Source: an uncultured Candidatus Saccharibacteria bacterium (GTDB lineage Bacteria; Patescibacteriota; Saccharimonadia; Saccharimonadales; Saccharimonadaceae). From it: DNA of 64,000 nucleotides. Positions 29,259-38,307 of this stretch are shown piece after piece. Numbering within the stretch: the stretch's first letter is position 1; each line of letters starts with the position of its first letter. The position numbers and the translations under genes were made by a program. Where the stretch lies: the NCBI GenBank assembly GCA_963525085.1, contig CAURIH010000001.1, positions 758,521 through 822,520 on the forward strand, written 5' to 3'. The notes under the pieces are model-generated. The model did not search any database. It was not told the DNA's origin and worked only from the letters and a program-made list of their open reading frames with translations.

Positions 29259-29942
29259 ATGAGTAAAAAAGACGCCGCCATCCACAAGCGCCAACAGATC
29301 GAGCAATCCAGCCGAGTGATGTTCCTCTGGGTGGCTGGAGCCTCGGTGATTGTGGGTTTCGCACTGGTGATATCGTGGTTTTTGGTGCAGCAAATTATCT
29401 TTAAAGAGCGGGTGCTTGGCGAGAAGAATAATACCGCTGCCGTGCTCAAGAACAACAACGACGCAGTCGAGAAGCTACGCGGCGAGCTGAAGGTGCTCGA
29501 GACCAACTCACATCTCAATGCCAGCCGCATCAACAACGATGAGAAGGCTCTTCAGGTGGTGCTTGATGCTCTACCAGCGGAGGATAATGCTCTGGCGTTG
29601 GGTGCATCGCTCCAGTCCAAGCTGGTCAATGGCGTGGCAGGAGTGTCGCTCGATTCGCTTAATATCGACCAAACGGACGACAGCGAGTCGTCTGGCAGTA
29701 CTGGTGCAGCCGCTAGTAATGGCAACTTGCAGTCCATCCACTTCACTATGGAGGTATCGGCCAGTAACCCCAATGCTCTGCGCGAGCTTTTGCAGCGCTT
29801 CGAGCGCTCCATCCGCGTGATCGAGATTGACCGTATGACCATTGAGCGGACCGACAGCAAAGTCGCCATGAAGATCTCGGCCCATGCCTACTACTCGCCA
29901 GCCAAAACCATCGAGCTAAAGAAAAAGGACATCAAACCATGA
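29259..29942 (+). CDS. PilO-like pilus assembly membrane protein
   Basis: N-terminal TM segment plus coiled coil. Lies between pilN and pilB. Assignment is by position and architecture only. Confidence 0.5.
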   Translation: MSKKDAAIHKRQQIEQSSRVMFLWVAGASVIVGFALVISWFLVQQIIFKERVLGEKNNTAAVLKNNNDAVEKLRGELKVLETNSHLNASRINNDEKALQVVLDALPAEDNALALGASLQSKLVNGVAGVSLDSLNIDQTDDSESSGSTGAAASNGNLQSIHFTMEVSASNPNALRELLQRFERSIRVIEIDRMTIERTDSKVAMKISAHAYYSPAKTIELKKKDIKP

Positions 29943-30169
29943 AGAAGACCGACATCGCAATGATTATCTTGATCGCTAGTATATCAGTAGTGGTGGCGTT
30001 TTTTGTGGCCAGTAGTATCCCATTCTTGCAAATGCCGCAGCGTGGCACCAAGGTAGAGACAGTCGAGAAGCTCTCGGATACGATTGATGAGCCAGATAGC
30101 GCAGTGTTTAATAAGGAGGCGATCAACCCAGCGGTCGAAACGATCATTGGGCAATCGCAGCAGAAATAA
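29939..30169 (+). CDS. small membrane protein in the pilus operon
   Basis: 76 aa with one TM segment (IAMIILIASISVVVAFFVASSI). ATGA overlap with the upstream gene. Confidence 0.5.
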   Translation: MKKTDIAMIILIASISVVVAFFVASSIPFLQMPQRGTKVETVEKLSDTIDEPDSAVFNKEAINPAVETIIGQSQQK

Positions 30170-30190
30170 CAGAGGTAGCGTGTGGCACTG

Positions 30191-31945
30191 ATGACAAGTG
30201 ATATGCAAGAAAAACTCACTACACTCCTTGTTGACGAAGGGCTGATCACGCGCCAGCGCCTTGATGATGCTACCAAGCTGGCCCGCGAGAGTGGCCGACC
30301 ACTATTGACTGTGCTGACTGATGAATCGGCGATCGATAATGAGCTGCTGACCCGGGCGATTGCCCATGTGTCTGGTGTGCCATATGTCAATCTCACTAAT
30401 ACAATTGTCGACCAAGACATCCTCACGCTTTTGCCATCGGATATTGCCGAGCGTTTCATGGCAGTACCACTAGCCGAGGTACAGAACCGCTTGGCGGTGG
30501 CGATGATTGACGCCAACAACGTCCAGGCGGTCGATTACCTTGCCAACCGCGTCCAGCGCCCACTCAAGGTCTTTATGGCGTCGGAGGCTGGGGTGCGTCA
30601 TGTGCTCGAGCAGTACCGCACCGACCTCAGTAGTGTTAATGTAGCCGCCCAAGTATCGCAGGCCGAGGCAGCCGCTGAAGCTCGGGGCGATATCAAGACA
30701 ATCGTCCAGGACTCGCCAATCAGTCGAGCCTTAAGCACTATTCTCGAATATGCCGTAAAGAGCCGTGCGAGCGATATCCACATTGAGCCGCTCGAGAAGT
30801 CGCTCAAGATCCGCTGCCGCGTCGATGGCGTGCTGCGCGAAGTTATGCAACTACCCAAGAGCATCGAGCCAGCACTGGTGAGCCGGATCAAGATCTTATC
30901 TGAACTGAAGATCGATGAGCACCGTATTCCACAGGATGGGCAATTTGCCGTCAAGGTGGCAGATAAGGAAGTTGATCTCCGTATTGCCATTAGTCCAGTG
31001 GTGTGGGGTGAGCAGGTAGTGATCCGTTTGCTGGATAAGACTGGCACATCCTTCGAGCTCGAGCAGATGGGCTATGCTGGGCGCGCCCTCCGGCTCATTC
31101 GCCAGGGGATCCACCGCCCCAATGGGATGATCCTCACCAGTGGCCCGACTGGTAGTGGTAAGTCGACCAGCCTCTATGCACTGATCAAAGAAATTAAGGA
31201 CGATACCATCAACATCGTCACACTCGAAGACCCGGTGGAGTACAAAATGGAGGGGGTTAACCAAATCCAGGTCAATAGTGACGTTGGCCTCACCTTTGCC
31301 AATGGTCTGCGCAGTATTCTCCGTCAAGACCCTGATGTGGTGATGGTGGGGGAGATCCGCGACAACGAGACGGCCAACCTCGCCGTCCAGGCGGCACTGA
31401 CGGGCCACCTTGTCTTTAGTACGCTCCACACCAACTCGGCAGCGGGAGTGTTGCCGCGCTTGCTCGATATGCATATCGAGCCATTTCTCATCGCCAGCAC
31501 CGTTAATACCATCATTGGCCAGCGTCTGGTACGCCGGATTGGGCCCCAGCACGAGAATTATTGGTCTAATCCGCTCGAGACAGAGATGATCCTCAGTACC
31601 GTAGGGCATCTCTTACCCAAGACCAAGGCAGAGGCAGCCAAAATCTCGGCCGACCTTGGCTATAGTGACTTACCGCTAGCTGGTCAAAAATCCTACCGCT
31701 TAGTGCGTGGGCGCGACACGGCCAACACACCACGGGGCTACAGCGGCCGAGCCGGACTCTTTGAGGTGATGGAAGTGACAGAGGAGATTCAGCAGCTCAT
31801 TACCGCTCGAGCGTCGAGTACCGAGATCCAGAAGAAAGCCATCGAGCAAGGGATGATCACGATGCGCCAAGATGGCTACCTCAAGGCGCTGCAAGGGATT
31901 ACCACCCTGGAGGAAGTCAACCGTGTCACATCAGACATAGCATAA
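30191..31945 (+). CDS. pilB: type IV pilus assembly ATPase PilB (GspE family)
   Basis: GSPII_E N-terminal domain, Walker A (SGPTGSGKSTS), Asp box and His box (LVFSTLHTNSAAG). A GTG at 30182 is an alternative start. Confidence 0.92.
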   Translation: MTSDMQEKLTTLLVDEGLITRQRLDDATKLARESGRPLLTVLTDESAIDNELLTRAIAHVSGVPYVNLTNTIVDQDILTLLPSDIAERFMAVPLAEVQNRLAVAMIDANNVQAVDYLANRVQRPLKVFMASEAGVRHVLEQYRTDLSSVNVAAQVSQAEAAAEARGDIKTIVQDSPISRALSTILEYAVKSRASDIHIEPLEKSLKIRCRVDGVLREVMQLPKSIEPALVSRIKILSELKIDEHRIPQDGQFAVKVADKEVDLRIAISPVVWGEQVVIRLLDKTGTSFELEQMGYAGRALRLIRQGIHRPNGMILTSGPTGSGKSTSLYALIKEIKDDTINIVTLEDPVEYKMEGVNQIQVNSDVGLTFANGLRSILRQDPDVVMVGEIRDNETANLAVQAALTGHLVFSTLHTNSAAGVLPRLLDMHIEPFLIASTVNTIIGQRLVRRIGPQHENYWSNPLETEMILSTVGHLLPKTKAEAAKISADLGYSDLPLAGQKSYRLVRGRDTANTPRGYSGRAGLFEVMEVTEEIQQLITARASSTEIQKKAIEQGMITMRQDGYLKALQGITTLEEVNRVTSDIA

Positions 31946-31965
31946 GAAAGGAACCAATAACTACC

Positions 31966-33036
31966 ATGGAAAATAGAGAATTACGCATAGAAGTCCTGCT
32001 CGAGGATGTGGTGCGCCGCCGCGCCTCAGACTTGCACATTCAGGTGGGGTTACCCCCCATGCTGCGCATTGATGGTGCGCTGACTCCTGTGGCGGGCTTT
32101 GGCCCGCTGGACGAAGCGCAGGTGGAGCGGCTTGTTTTTGCCATTCTCGACCAAGACCAGCAGCAGGTGCTGATGAAGGATAAAGAGTTTGACTTTAGCT
32201 TTGCCTTTGGTAATCTTGGACGCTTCCGGGTTAATGCCTTTCATGAACGGGGCAACTTGGCGGCTGCGCTGCGCTTGATCCCGAATGAAATCAAATCTGT
32301 GACCGAGCTTGGTATGCCGCCCGTCGTCATGACTTTTGCTGACTTCCCGCGCGGCCTGGTGCTGGTGACAGGCCCGACCGGTAGTGGTAAGTCTACCACC
32401 CTGGCTGCTTTGATTGATAAGATCAACACTGAGAAGTCGCACCACATCATCACCATCGAAGACCCGATCGAGTTTACTCACAAGAGTAAGCGCTCGGTGG
32501 TCGTGCAGCGCGAAGTGCACTACGACACCTACTCCTTTAGCGCCGCGCTGCGCTCCAGTCTACGCCAAGACCCAGATGTTGTGCTGATTGGTGAGATGCG
32601 CGATCTTGAGACGATCAGTGCTGCCATCACCATTGCTGAGACGGGCCACTTGGTGTTTGCTACCTTGCACACCAACAGTGCAGCGCAGAGTATCGATCGC
32701 ATGATCGACGTCTTCCCGCCGCACCAGCAGCCACAGATTCGGGCTCAGCTGGCCAATATCTTGATGGCAATCTGTAGCCAGCGCCTGGTGCCAGCCATTG
32801 GTGGTGGACGAGTGGTGGCGGCTGAGGTCTTGGTGGCCAACCCAGCGGTGCGCAACGTCATCCGCGAGGGCAAGAGCCACCAGCTCGATGCCATCATCCA
32901 GACTGGGGCAGACCAAGGTATGCAGACGATGGATCGCACACTGGTGAGCCTGGTCCAGAGTGGCACCGTGACGTACGACAGCGCCCGCGAATTTGCGGTT
33001 GATCTCACCGAATTTGAGCGCTTAATGAGAGGATAA
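31966..33036 (+). CDS. pilT: twitching motility ATPase PilT
   Basis: 356 aa with ASDLHIQVGLPPMLRIDG, GPTGSGKSTT and LVFATLHTNSAAQSIDRMIDVFP. Confidence 0.95.
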   Translation: MENRELRIEVLLEDVVRRRASDLHIQVGLPPMLRIDGALTPVAGFGPLDEAQVERLVFAILDQDQQQVLMKDKEFDFSFAFGNLGRFRVNAFHERGNLAAALRLIPNEIKSVTELGMPPVVMTFADFPRGLVLVTGPTGSGKSTTLAALIDKINTEKSHHIITIEDPIEFTHKSKRSVVVQREVHYDTYSFSAALRSSLRQDPDVVLIGEMRDLETISAAITIAETGHLVFATLHTNSAAQSIDRMIDVFPPHQQPQIRAQLANILMAICSQRLVPAIGGGRVVAAEVLVANPAVRNVIREGKSHQLDAIIQTGADQGMQTMDRTLVSLVQSGTVTYDSAREFAVDLTEFERLMRG

Positions 33037-33039
33037 TCG

Positions 33040-34248
33040 ATGCGAAAGTTCAACTACGAAGCACGCGACAAAGCGACCGACACCATCATCAAATCTATCG
33101 TCCAGGCCGAGTCTGAGATGGCAGCGGCGCGCGTTTTGACCGAGCAAGGCTTCGTTCCGCTCGACATCAAAGAAGTCGATGAGAGCGGTGGGCTCTTTGG
33201 TAGCCTGACACGCCGCGTGACGACCAAAGACAAGGTGGTCTTTACGCGCCAGCTCGCGACGCTGATTGGTGCGGGGCTACCTCTATCGCAGAGCCTTCGT
33301 ACGGTGCTTGAGCAGACGGAGAACAAGAAGCTGCAAGAGATTATCCAAGAAATCATTGCCGATGTTGAGGGTGGTCGGCAGCTATCGGACTCCTTTGGTA
33401 AACACCCCGAGATCTTCGACAAAATCTACCTGTCGCTCGTCACCGCTGGTGAGGCCTCTGGTACGCTCGACCAAGCGCTCAAACGGGTTGCCTCCCAGCA
33501 AGAAAAGGACGCTGCCATGGTGAGCAAGATTCGTGGTGCTATGACGTACCCAGCCATCGTCTTGGCGGTGATTATGGGAGTGATGCTCTTTATGCTGCTC
33601 GTGGTGGTGCCGCAGGTGGAGAAGCTATATAGCGACATGCACAAGACGCTGCCATTCCTCACTGCGGCGCTGATCGCCGTGGCGAAGTTTACTGCAAGCT
33701 TCTGGTGGGCAGAGCTGATTTTGCTGGTGGGTGCCATTTACTTCACCCGCCAATACGCCAAGACAGGCCCCGGCACGCGTACCTTCGACACACTTAAGCT
33801 TAATATGCCCTTCGTTGGCAGTATGTTTCGCAAGCTCTATATGGCGCGTTTTACTCGCACTGGCCAGACGTTGCTTGCGACTGGTGTACCGATGCTCGAC
33901 ATGCTCGACATCACCGCAACAGGGGTCAATAATACGATTATCGAGGCTTCCATCCGCCGGACTGCCGAAAAGGTCAAGGGTGGGCGAGCGCTGTCTGTCT
34001 CGCTGAGCCGCGAGGATTACATCTTGCCAATGGTGCCACAGATGATCAAGATTGGTGAGCAATCGGGCAAGATCGACGAAATGATGGGCAAGACTGCCCA
34101 AGTTTATGAAGACGAGCTAGACGAAGAAATCCGCAACATCTCCACTGCCATCGAGCCCGTGCTGATGGTCGTCCTCGCCATCGTGGCTGGCGGCATGGTG
34201 GCGGCCATTCTCTTCCCGATATATAGCTTGGTGGGGCAGCTGACGTAG
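33040..34248 (+). CDS. pilC: type IV pilus platform protein PilC (GspF family)
   Basis: 402 aa with two T2SS-F repeats (FTRQLATLIGAGLPLSQSL / FTRTGQTLLATGVPMLDML) and 3 TM segments. Confidence 0.92.
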   Translation: MRKFNYEARDKATDTIIKSIVQAESEMAAARVLTEQGFVPLDIKEVDESGGLFGSLTRRVTTKDKVVFTRQLATLIGAGLPLSQSLRTVLEQTENKKLQEIIQEIIADVEGGRQLSDSFGKHPEIFDKIYLSLVTAGEASGTLDQALKRVASQQEKDAAMVSKIRGAMTYPAIVLAVIMGVMLFMLLVVVPQVEKLYSDMHKTLPFLTAALIAVAKFTASFWWAELILLVGAIYFTRQYAKTGPGTRTFDTLKLNMPFVGSMFRKLYMARFTRTGQTLLATGVPMLDMLDITATGVNNTIIEASIRRTAEKVKGGRALSVSLSREDYILPMVPQMIKIGEQSGKIDEMMGKTAQVYEDELDEEIRNISTAIEPVLMVVLAIVAGGMVAAILFPIYSLVGQLT

Positions 34249-34280
34249 TGCTTGCAGCCAGAATATCGAATACTTTGTTT

Positions 34281-34438
34281 TCTCTGTGCTAGCTCACCTT
34301 CCCACACTTCATCCGATGGAGTGTGAAAACCGGTCGTAATGACCGGTTTTCAGCCCTGGCGTCAAGAGGTCGACATCCAGCGAATGTCGACCCTTATAGT
34401 GTTCCGGAGGAGGGAGTTGGGAGGGTGAGCGTGAGAGG
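34281..34438 (+). repeat. family-1 structured repeat, copy B
   Basis: Arms CTCACC.../...GGTGAG. Hairpin 1 is GAAAACCGGTC/GACCGGTTTTC and hairpin 2 is GGTCGACAT/ATGTCGACC. Linker variant CAGCCCTGGCGTCAAGAG. Confidence 0.9.
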
Positions 34439-34641
34439 TAGTGAAGCTGCATTGACTATTGAATTATGCTTGATTCTTGAATCTTGTGACGATCCCATAA
34501 GAGAAAGTCTGATTCTCTATAGCCATTTATGATAGTATAAGAGTGCACTATAGTCGGGGTTGGATACGTGTCCGTGCCTCGGCTTTTTCATTGCCTAGCA
34601 CAGTTCGCTTCAGCGCAACGAGCATGCTATACTATACCCAT

Positions 34642-34718
34642 GCCCTGGTAGCTCAACTGGATAGAGCGGCTCCGTCCTAAGGAGAAGGTTGTAGGTTCGA
34701 CTCCTATCCGGGGTACCA
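34642..34718 (+). tRNA. tRNA-Arg (anticodon CCT), CCA encoded
   Basis: Hand-folded cloverleaf: GCCCTGG/CCGGGGT acceptor stem (two G-U pairs), D arm GCTC/GAGC, anticodon loop GTCCTAA, T arm GTAGG-TTCGACT-CCTAT. There is a G27:A43 mismatch. Confidence 0.85.
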
Positions 34719-34742
34719 AAGGAGTTAAAATATACTATAAAT

Positions 34743-34773
34743 AAAAACTCGTCACGATGATGGCGAGTTTTTG
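34743..34773 (+). terminator. intrinsic terminator after tRNA-Arg
   Basis: AAAACTCGTC-acgatgatg-GCGAGTTTTTG. Confidence 0.7.
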
Positions 34774-34826
34774 CTTGAGCTTTTGTGCTAGAAAGTGACG
34801 AGCTGTGAAGCGAAGAGAAGAGTAGC

Positions 34827-35240
34827 TTACCTCCCAAATCCGCCAACTACCTCAGCTGCCCATCGCACCCAGTCGGACATATCCTCCCAGCGGCTGCAGG
34901 CAGCCCCGACGAACATGATGGCGGAGGAGAAGAGGGCGAATGAGACGACCCAAGCCATAAAGTCAGCTGGCATGGTGCGCGTGCCACCACTTGTCCAACA
35001 GAGGTAGCATAGCCAGCCAAGTGCTCCTGCCGTAAGTATGCAGAGCGCTCGCACGATGCCATGGCCAAGGCGACGCTGCCAGTCAGGTGCTGTGATTGGC
35101 TCGGTGGGGTCGACAGCCACTGGTGTTGGTACCTTTGGCGGTGGTGGCGCAGCTGGTGGGTGGTGCGGCGGTGGCACCGGTGGTGTTCCGGCACCAGCAG
35201 TGGTGCGGCGCTTGTGGATAAATCGCCCAGCCGTCACCAT
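34827..35240 (-). CDS. hypothetical proline-rich membrane protein
   Basis: ORF with a P-rich N-terminal half and two TM segments (IVRALCILTAGALGWLCYLCW, FMAWVVSFALFSSAIMFVGAA). GGAG lies 9 nt before the ATG at 35240. Several overlapping alternative ORFs in this GC-rich stretch lower confidence. Confidence 0.4.
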   Translation of the reverse strand: MVTAGRFIHKRRTTAGAGTPPVPPPHHPPAAPPPPKVPTPVAVDPTEPITAPDWQRRLGHGIVRALCILTAGALGWLCYLCWTSGGTRTMPADFMAWVVSFALFSSAIMFVGAACSRWEDMSDWVRWAAEVVGGFGR

Positions 35241-35330
35241 ATACAAATGCTCCGTAGTCTCATCATGGTTTTTATTATACGCGGGGGTTGTGGGGTAGTG
35301 TCAAGGGGGGTGAATCACTGAAGCTTTTGC

Positions 35331-35386
35331 TTCTTCTGCGCTAGCTTACCCTTCCGCACTTTATTCGATGGAGTGTGGGGAGGGCG
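35331..35386 (+). repeat. family-1 repeat, internally deleted mini-copy C (arms only)
   Basis: TTCTTCTGCGCTAGCTTACCCTTCCGCACTTTATTCGATGGAGTGTGGGGAGGGCG. The 5' arm runs straight into the 3' arm and both internal hairpins are missing. Confidence 0.7.
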
Positions 35387-35463
35387 CCCAAGTAGTGTCA
35401 AGTTCGTGCTACAATAGACAGCAAGAAAAGCATAACAATCATCACACAAAAAGGCAGGGCATA

Positions 35464-35979
35464 ATGGCACAGACCAAGGCATTTAATGGGCAGCGCGAGG
35501 GTGAGGAGCTGCTGTTTGTCTTTCGGCGGCATATTATTGCCATGCGCAAGGGTTTTTATATGCTATTGGTGCCGCTGGTGGTGGGGGCTATTCCACCGCT
35601 GATCTGGCAAGACACACTAGAGCTGTTTCTCTTGCCAGTGGTGGGGCTGGGGCTCGGGCTTATTGGCTTTTGCTATCATTTTTTGATGTGGCGCTACACC
35701 TACTACATTGTGACTGACCAGCGCATCCGCCAGGTGACGCAAAAAGGATTTTTTGGTACCGATGTGGTGGAGCTGAGCTTGGCAAAAATTCAGAATATCA
35801 GCTATAATATACCAGGATTCTCGGGTGAGGTGTTTCATTTTGGTACGATTGTGATCCAAACATTTGTGGGCGATCTCATCATCCGCAATGTCGATCATCC
35901 CGAGCAGATCTACAATCAGCTGCAAGATGCCGTCAGCGAGGCGGAGCGCGCAGCACAAGCAGCAGGAGTATCACCATGA
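35464..35979 (+). CDS. bacterial PH (bPH_2/YdbS-like) domain membrane protein
   Basis: Two TM segments followed by YTYYIVTDQRIRQVTQKGFFGTDVVELSLAKIQNISY...GTIVIQT. I trimmed the start to the ATG at 35464, because the upstream part of the track ORF is repeat copy C. Confidence 0.75.
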   Translation: MAQTKAFNGQREGEELLFVFRRHIIAMRKGFYMLLVPLVVGAIPPLIWQDTLELFLLPVVGLGLGLIGFCYHFLMWRYTYYIVTDQRIRQVTQKGFFGTDVVELSLAKIQNISYNIPGFSGEVFHFGTIVIQTFVGDLIIRNVDHPEQIYNQLQDAVSEAERAAQAAGVSP

Positions 35980-37148
35980 AATTACCAAGCAAAAAACCCA
36001 AACGCAGCCGCTACGGCGCTCAGTCTACATCAACTGCCCCAGCCACCGGTCTGAAAGATCGCCTGGCAGCGCTCAAACCGCAGCGAAAGGGCAAGAAAGC
36101 AGGTAAATCTGCCAAAACAGAGGCGGGCACAGCCAACCCCAACACTCCCAAGAAGTTCGAGCGCATCACCAACGAGACAGTAGCAGCACACCGCGAGGAG
36201 ATATTGGCTGGTGGGCGCAAGTTTAAACATCCCGTCCAGGTGTCGCGCCGGCGGGTGATTATCAACACGATCATTGTGGCCTTGGTAGCGGCCTTACTAC
36301 TGGCGGCAGTGGCGTGGCAGCAGCTCTACATTGCCCAGAGCTCCAACAACCTCCTCTACCGCATGACGCAGATCTTTCCTGTGCCAGTAGCCAGCATTGA
36401 TGGTGAGCTGGTGCGCTATAGCGACTACCTCGTGCAGTATCGGGGGTCGAAATTCTACCTTGGTAAGTATGATGAGATCCGCATCGACAGTGATGATGGC
36501 CGCGAGCAGCTCAAGCACATCAAGCGTGAGTCGCTCAACCGGGCGCTGGTTGATACCTACGCCGCCAAGCTAGCACGCCAGCACAATATCACGGTGAGTG
36601 AGCAAGACATTGATACCGTTATCGAGCAGCAGCGCAACACCGCTAATGGCAAGATTAGCCAAGAAACGTATGATGCATCGTCGCGCATGATGTATAACTG
36701 GTCGCCATCGGACTATCGCCAAGCGGTGCGGCGCAGCATTGTGCGGGCTCGAGTGGCCTTTGCGGTTGATAAGACGGCCGATGAGCTGCAGCGCAAAGCC
36801 GCGGGGTTGGTAGCGAGCAGCAATGGCGAGTTTGCCAAAATAGCGACCCAGCTTGGTGGCAGTGGCCGCAGCAAACCGCAGGTGGGGGATTCTGGCTTGA
36901 TCAACCTCGCTAGTAGCTACAATGGCCTTGCGGTAAGTGAGATTGCCAAGCTCGAGCCTGGCAAACCCTCTAGTGCTATCAAGAGCACGACCGACAGTGG
37001 CTACTACTTCGTCAAAGTCAACGAAAAAAACGACAGCAAAATCCGCTTCACCTACCTCTACATCCCCCTCACTGAGCTCACCAAGCAAGTTGCCCAGCTC
37101 AAAAGCGACGGCAAAGTGCAAGAATACATTGATGTGCCGCAGAAGTAG
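35976..37148 (+). CDS. SurA/PrsA-like peptidyl-prolyl isomerase-type chaperone (membrane-anchored)
   Basis: Basic N-terminus, one TM segment, a SurA-N-like region and a degenerate parvulin-like C-terminus (GDSGLINL...YYFVKV). The call is tentative. Confidence 0.5.
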   Translation: MKLPSKKPKRSRYGAQSTSTAPATGLKDRLAALKPQRKGKKAGKSAKTEAGTANPNTPKKFERITNETVAAHREEILAGGRKFKHPVQVSRRRVIINTIIVALVAALLLAAVAWQQLYIAQSSNNLLYRMTQIFPVPVASIDGELVRYSDYLVQYRGSKFYLGKYDEIRIDSDDGREQLKHIKRESLNRALVDTYAAKLARQHNITVSEQDIDTVIEQQRNTANGKISQETYDASSRMMYNWSPSDYRQAVRRSIVRARVAFAVDKTADELQRKAAGLVASSNGEFAKIATQLGGSGRSKPQVGDSGLINLASSYNGLAVSEIAKLEPGKPSSAIKSTTDSGYYFVKVNEKNDSKIRFTYLYIPLTELTKQVAQLKSDGKVQEYIDVPQK

Positions 37149-37308
37149 GGGATAGCAATCATACCCAAAATATTGGCAACATAGCGCAGTTTTGCGCCTC
37201 TCCATATAGGCTCATCATCTTGTGCGAACAAAACCTAGACAACGCTGCCATTCTACGCTATGATAGCAGTAACGTAAGCATATTCGTACATTGGTACAAA
37301 GGAGAAGT

Positions 37309-37767
37309 ATGAAACAACACCAAGCGAAACAAGAAGGGTTTACCATCATCGAGGTGATGCTGGTGCTGGCGATTGCCGCCTTGATATTCTTGATGGTCTT
37401 TGTGGCGCTACCTGCTCTGCAGCGGGGTCAGCGCGACACAGCGCGCAAGAATGATGTGCAAAACATCGCTGCTGCTGTGACGCAATACACATCAAACAAC
37501 CGCGGGAAGTTCCCCGACAGTAATGGCCTCAAGGGCTACCTGGGCGATCTCTCGAACCTCGACAAAGAGAGCATCACCGTCCAAGATAATGCGGGCAATG
37601 GCACCGTAACGCCTTCTACCGAGAGCGCCATCGTCGTCAAGGGTGTGCGCTGCGACGCCACCAACTCTGATGGCGCTACCCTCAAGAAGGGCACATCGAA
37701 GCAATTCGTCGTCGTCACCAAGCTAGAGGCAGGCGGCAACGGCGTGGCATACTGCCTCGAGTCGTAG
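37309..37767 (+). CDS. type IV (major) pilin, prepilin-type N-terminal cleavage/methylation domain
   Basis: MKQHQAKQEG|FTIIEVMLVLAIAALIFLMVFVALP. AAAGGAG SD. Strong terminator downstream. Confidence 0.85.
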   Translation: MKQHQAKQEGFTIIEVMLVLAIAALIFLMVFVALPALQRGQRDTARKNDVQNIAAAVTQYTSNNRGKFPDSNGLKGYLGDLSNLDKESITVQDNAGNGTVTPSTESAIVVKGVRCDATNSDGATLKKGTSKQFVVVTKLEAGGNGVAYCLES

Positions 37768-37790
37768 TAGAGGCAAAAGACACACAAGAA

Positions 37791-37826
37791 GATGGCTGGT
37801 ACCAAAGGGGTGCCAGCCTCTTTTTA
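37791..37826 (+). terminator. intrinsic terminator after pilin gene
   Basis: GATGGCTGGTACC-aaag-GGTGCCAGCCTC followed by TTTTT. Confidence 0.85.
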
Positions 37827-37862
37827 TATATGGAGTACACGAATTACTGAGTTGTACTTGTG

Positions 37863-37936
37863 TAAGAAAATATTCTAGAAGGCTAGCGACTAAGCGGGCG
37901 GAAAAGCTCTTGGTTTTATCTGGCCGAAACATTTTC
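37863..37936 (+). repeat. family-2 hairpin repeat, copy X1
   Basis: AAGAAAATATTCTAGAAGGCTAGCGA...AAGCTCT...ATCTGGCCGAAACATTTTCG. Ends are complementary (GAAAATATTC / GAAACATTTTC; GGCTAG / CTGGCC). Confidence 0.8.
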
Positions 37937-38307
37937 GTCACAGGTACAACCCAGCAGTCAGAGGTAATACCGCGCGAGTATAGCTTCATCCCAAAATGTC
38001 ACGTTCTTGTGTTAACCTATTTTTAACGACGTAAGCTCTGAGCCTTCACAGATTCTCGTACACCAATTGGAAGAAGTGGTGGGGAGGTGGGGTGGCATTA
38101 AGAAAATGAGATTTGTATATGCAAGGTACAGATAAAACCCGAGGCTCACACACCATGCTTGCCGAACAAGAAAATTTGCGAAGGCCAGTAGCCAAGTGGG
38201 TGTGAGAACCTGCCGTATATTCTGGCCGGATAGTATGTCTGCATGAGCCTTCGGTAGGACGTGATGATGTAGCACGTTCTTGCATATCTTTGCTATACTA
38301 GTGAGGT

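Noticed and set aside
34323-34532. ORFs running through family-1 repeats (34323-34532, 42729-42923, 44636-44908, 49619-50038, 58163-58471) that give similar peptides (..ALASRGR..DPYSV.., ..RRECGEVERE..).
   Set aside because: The peptide similarity is a by-product of the DNA repeat. The copies occur in both orientations and in different frames, have no start signals, and one overlaps tRNA-Asp. They are not protein genes.
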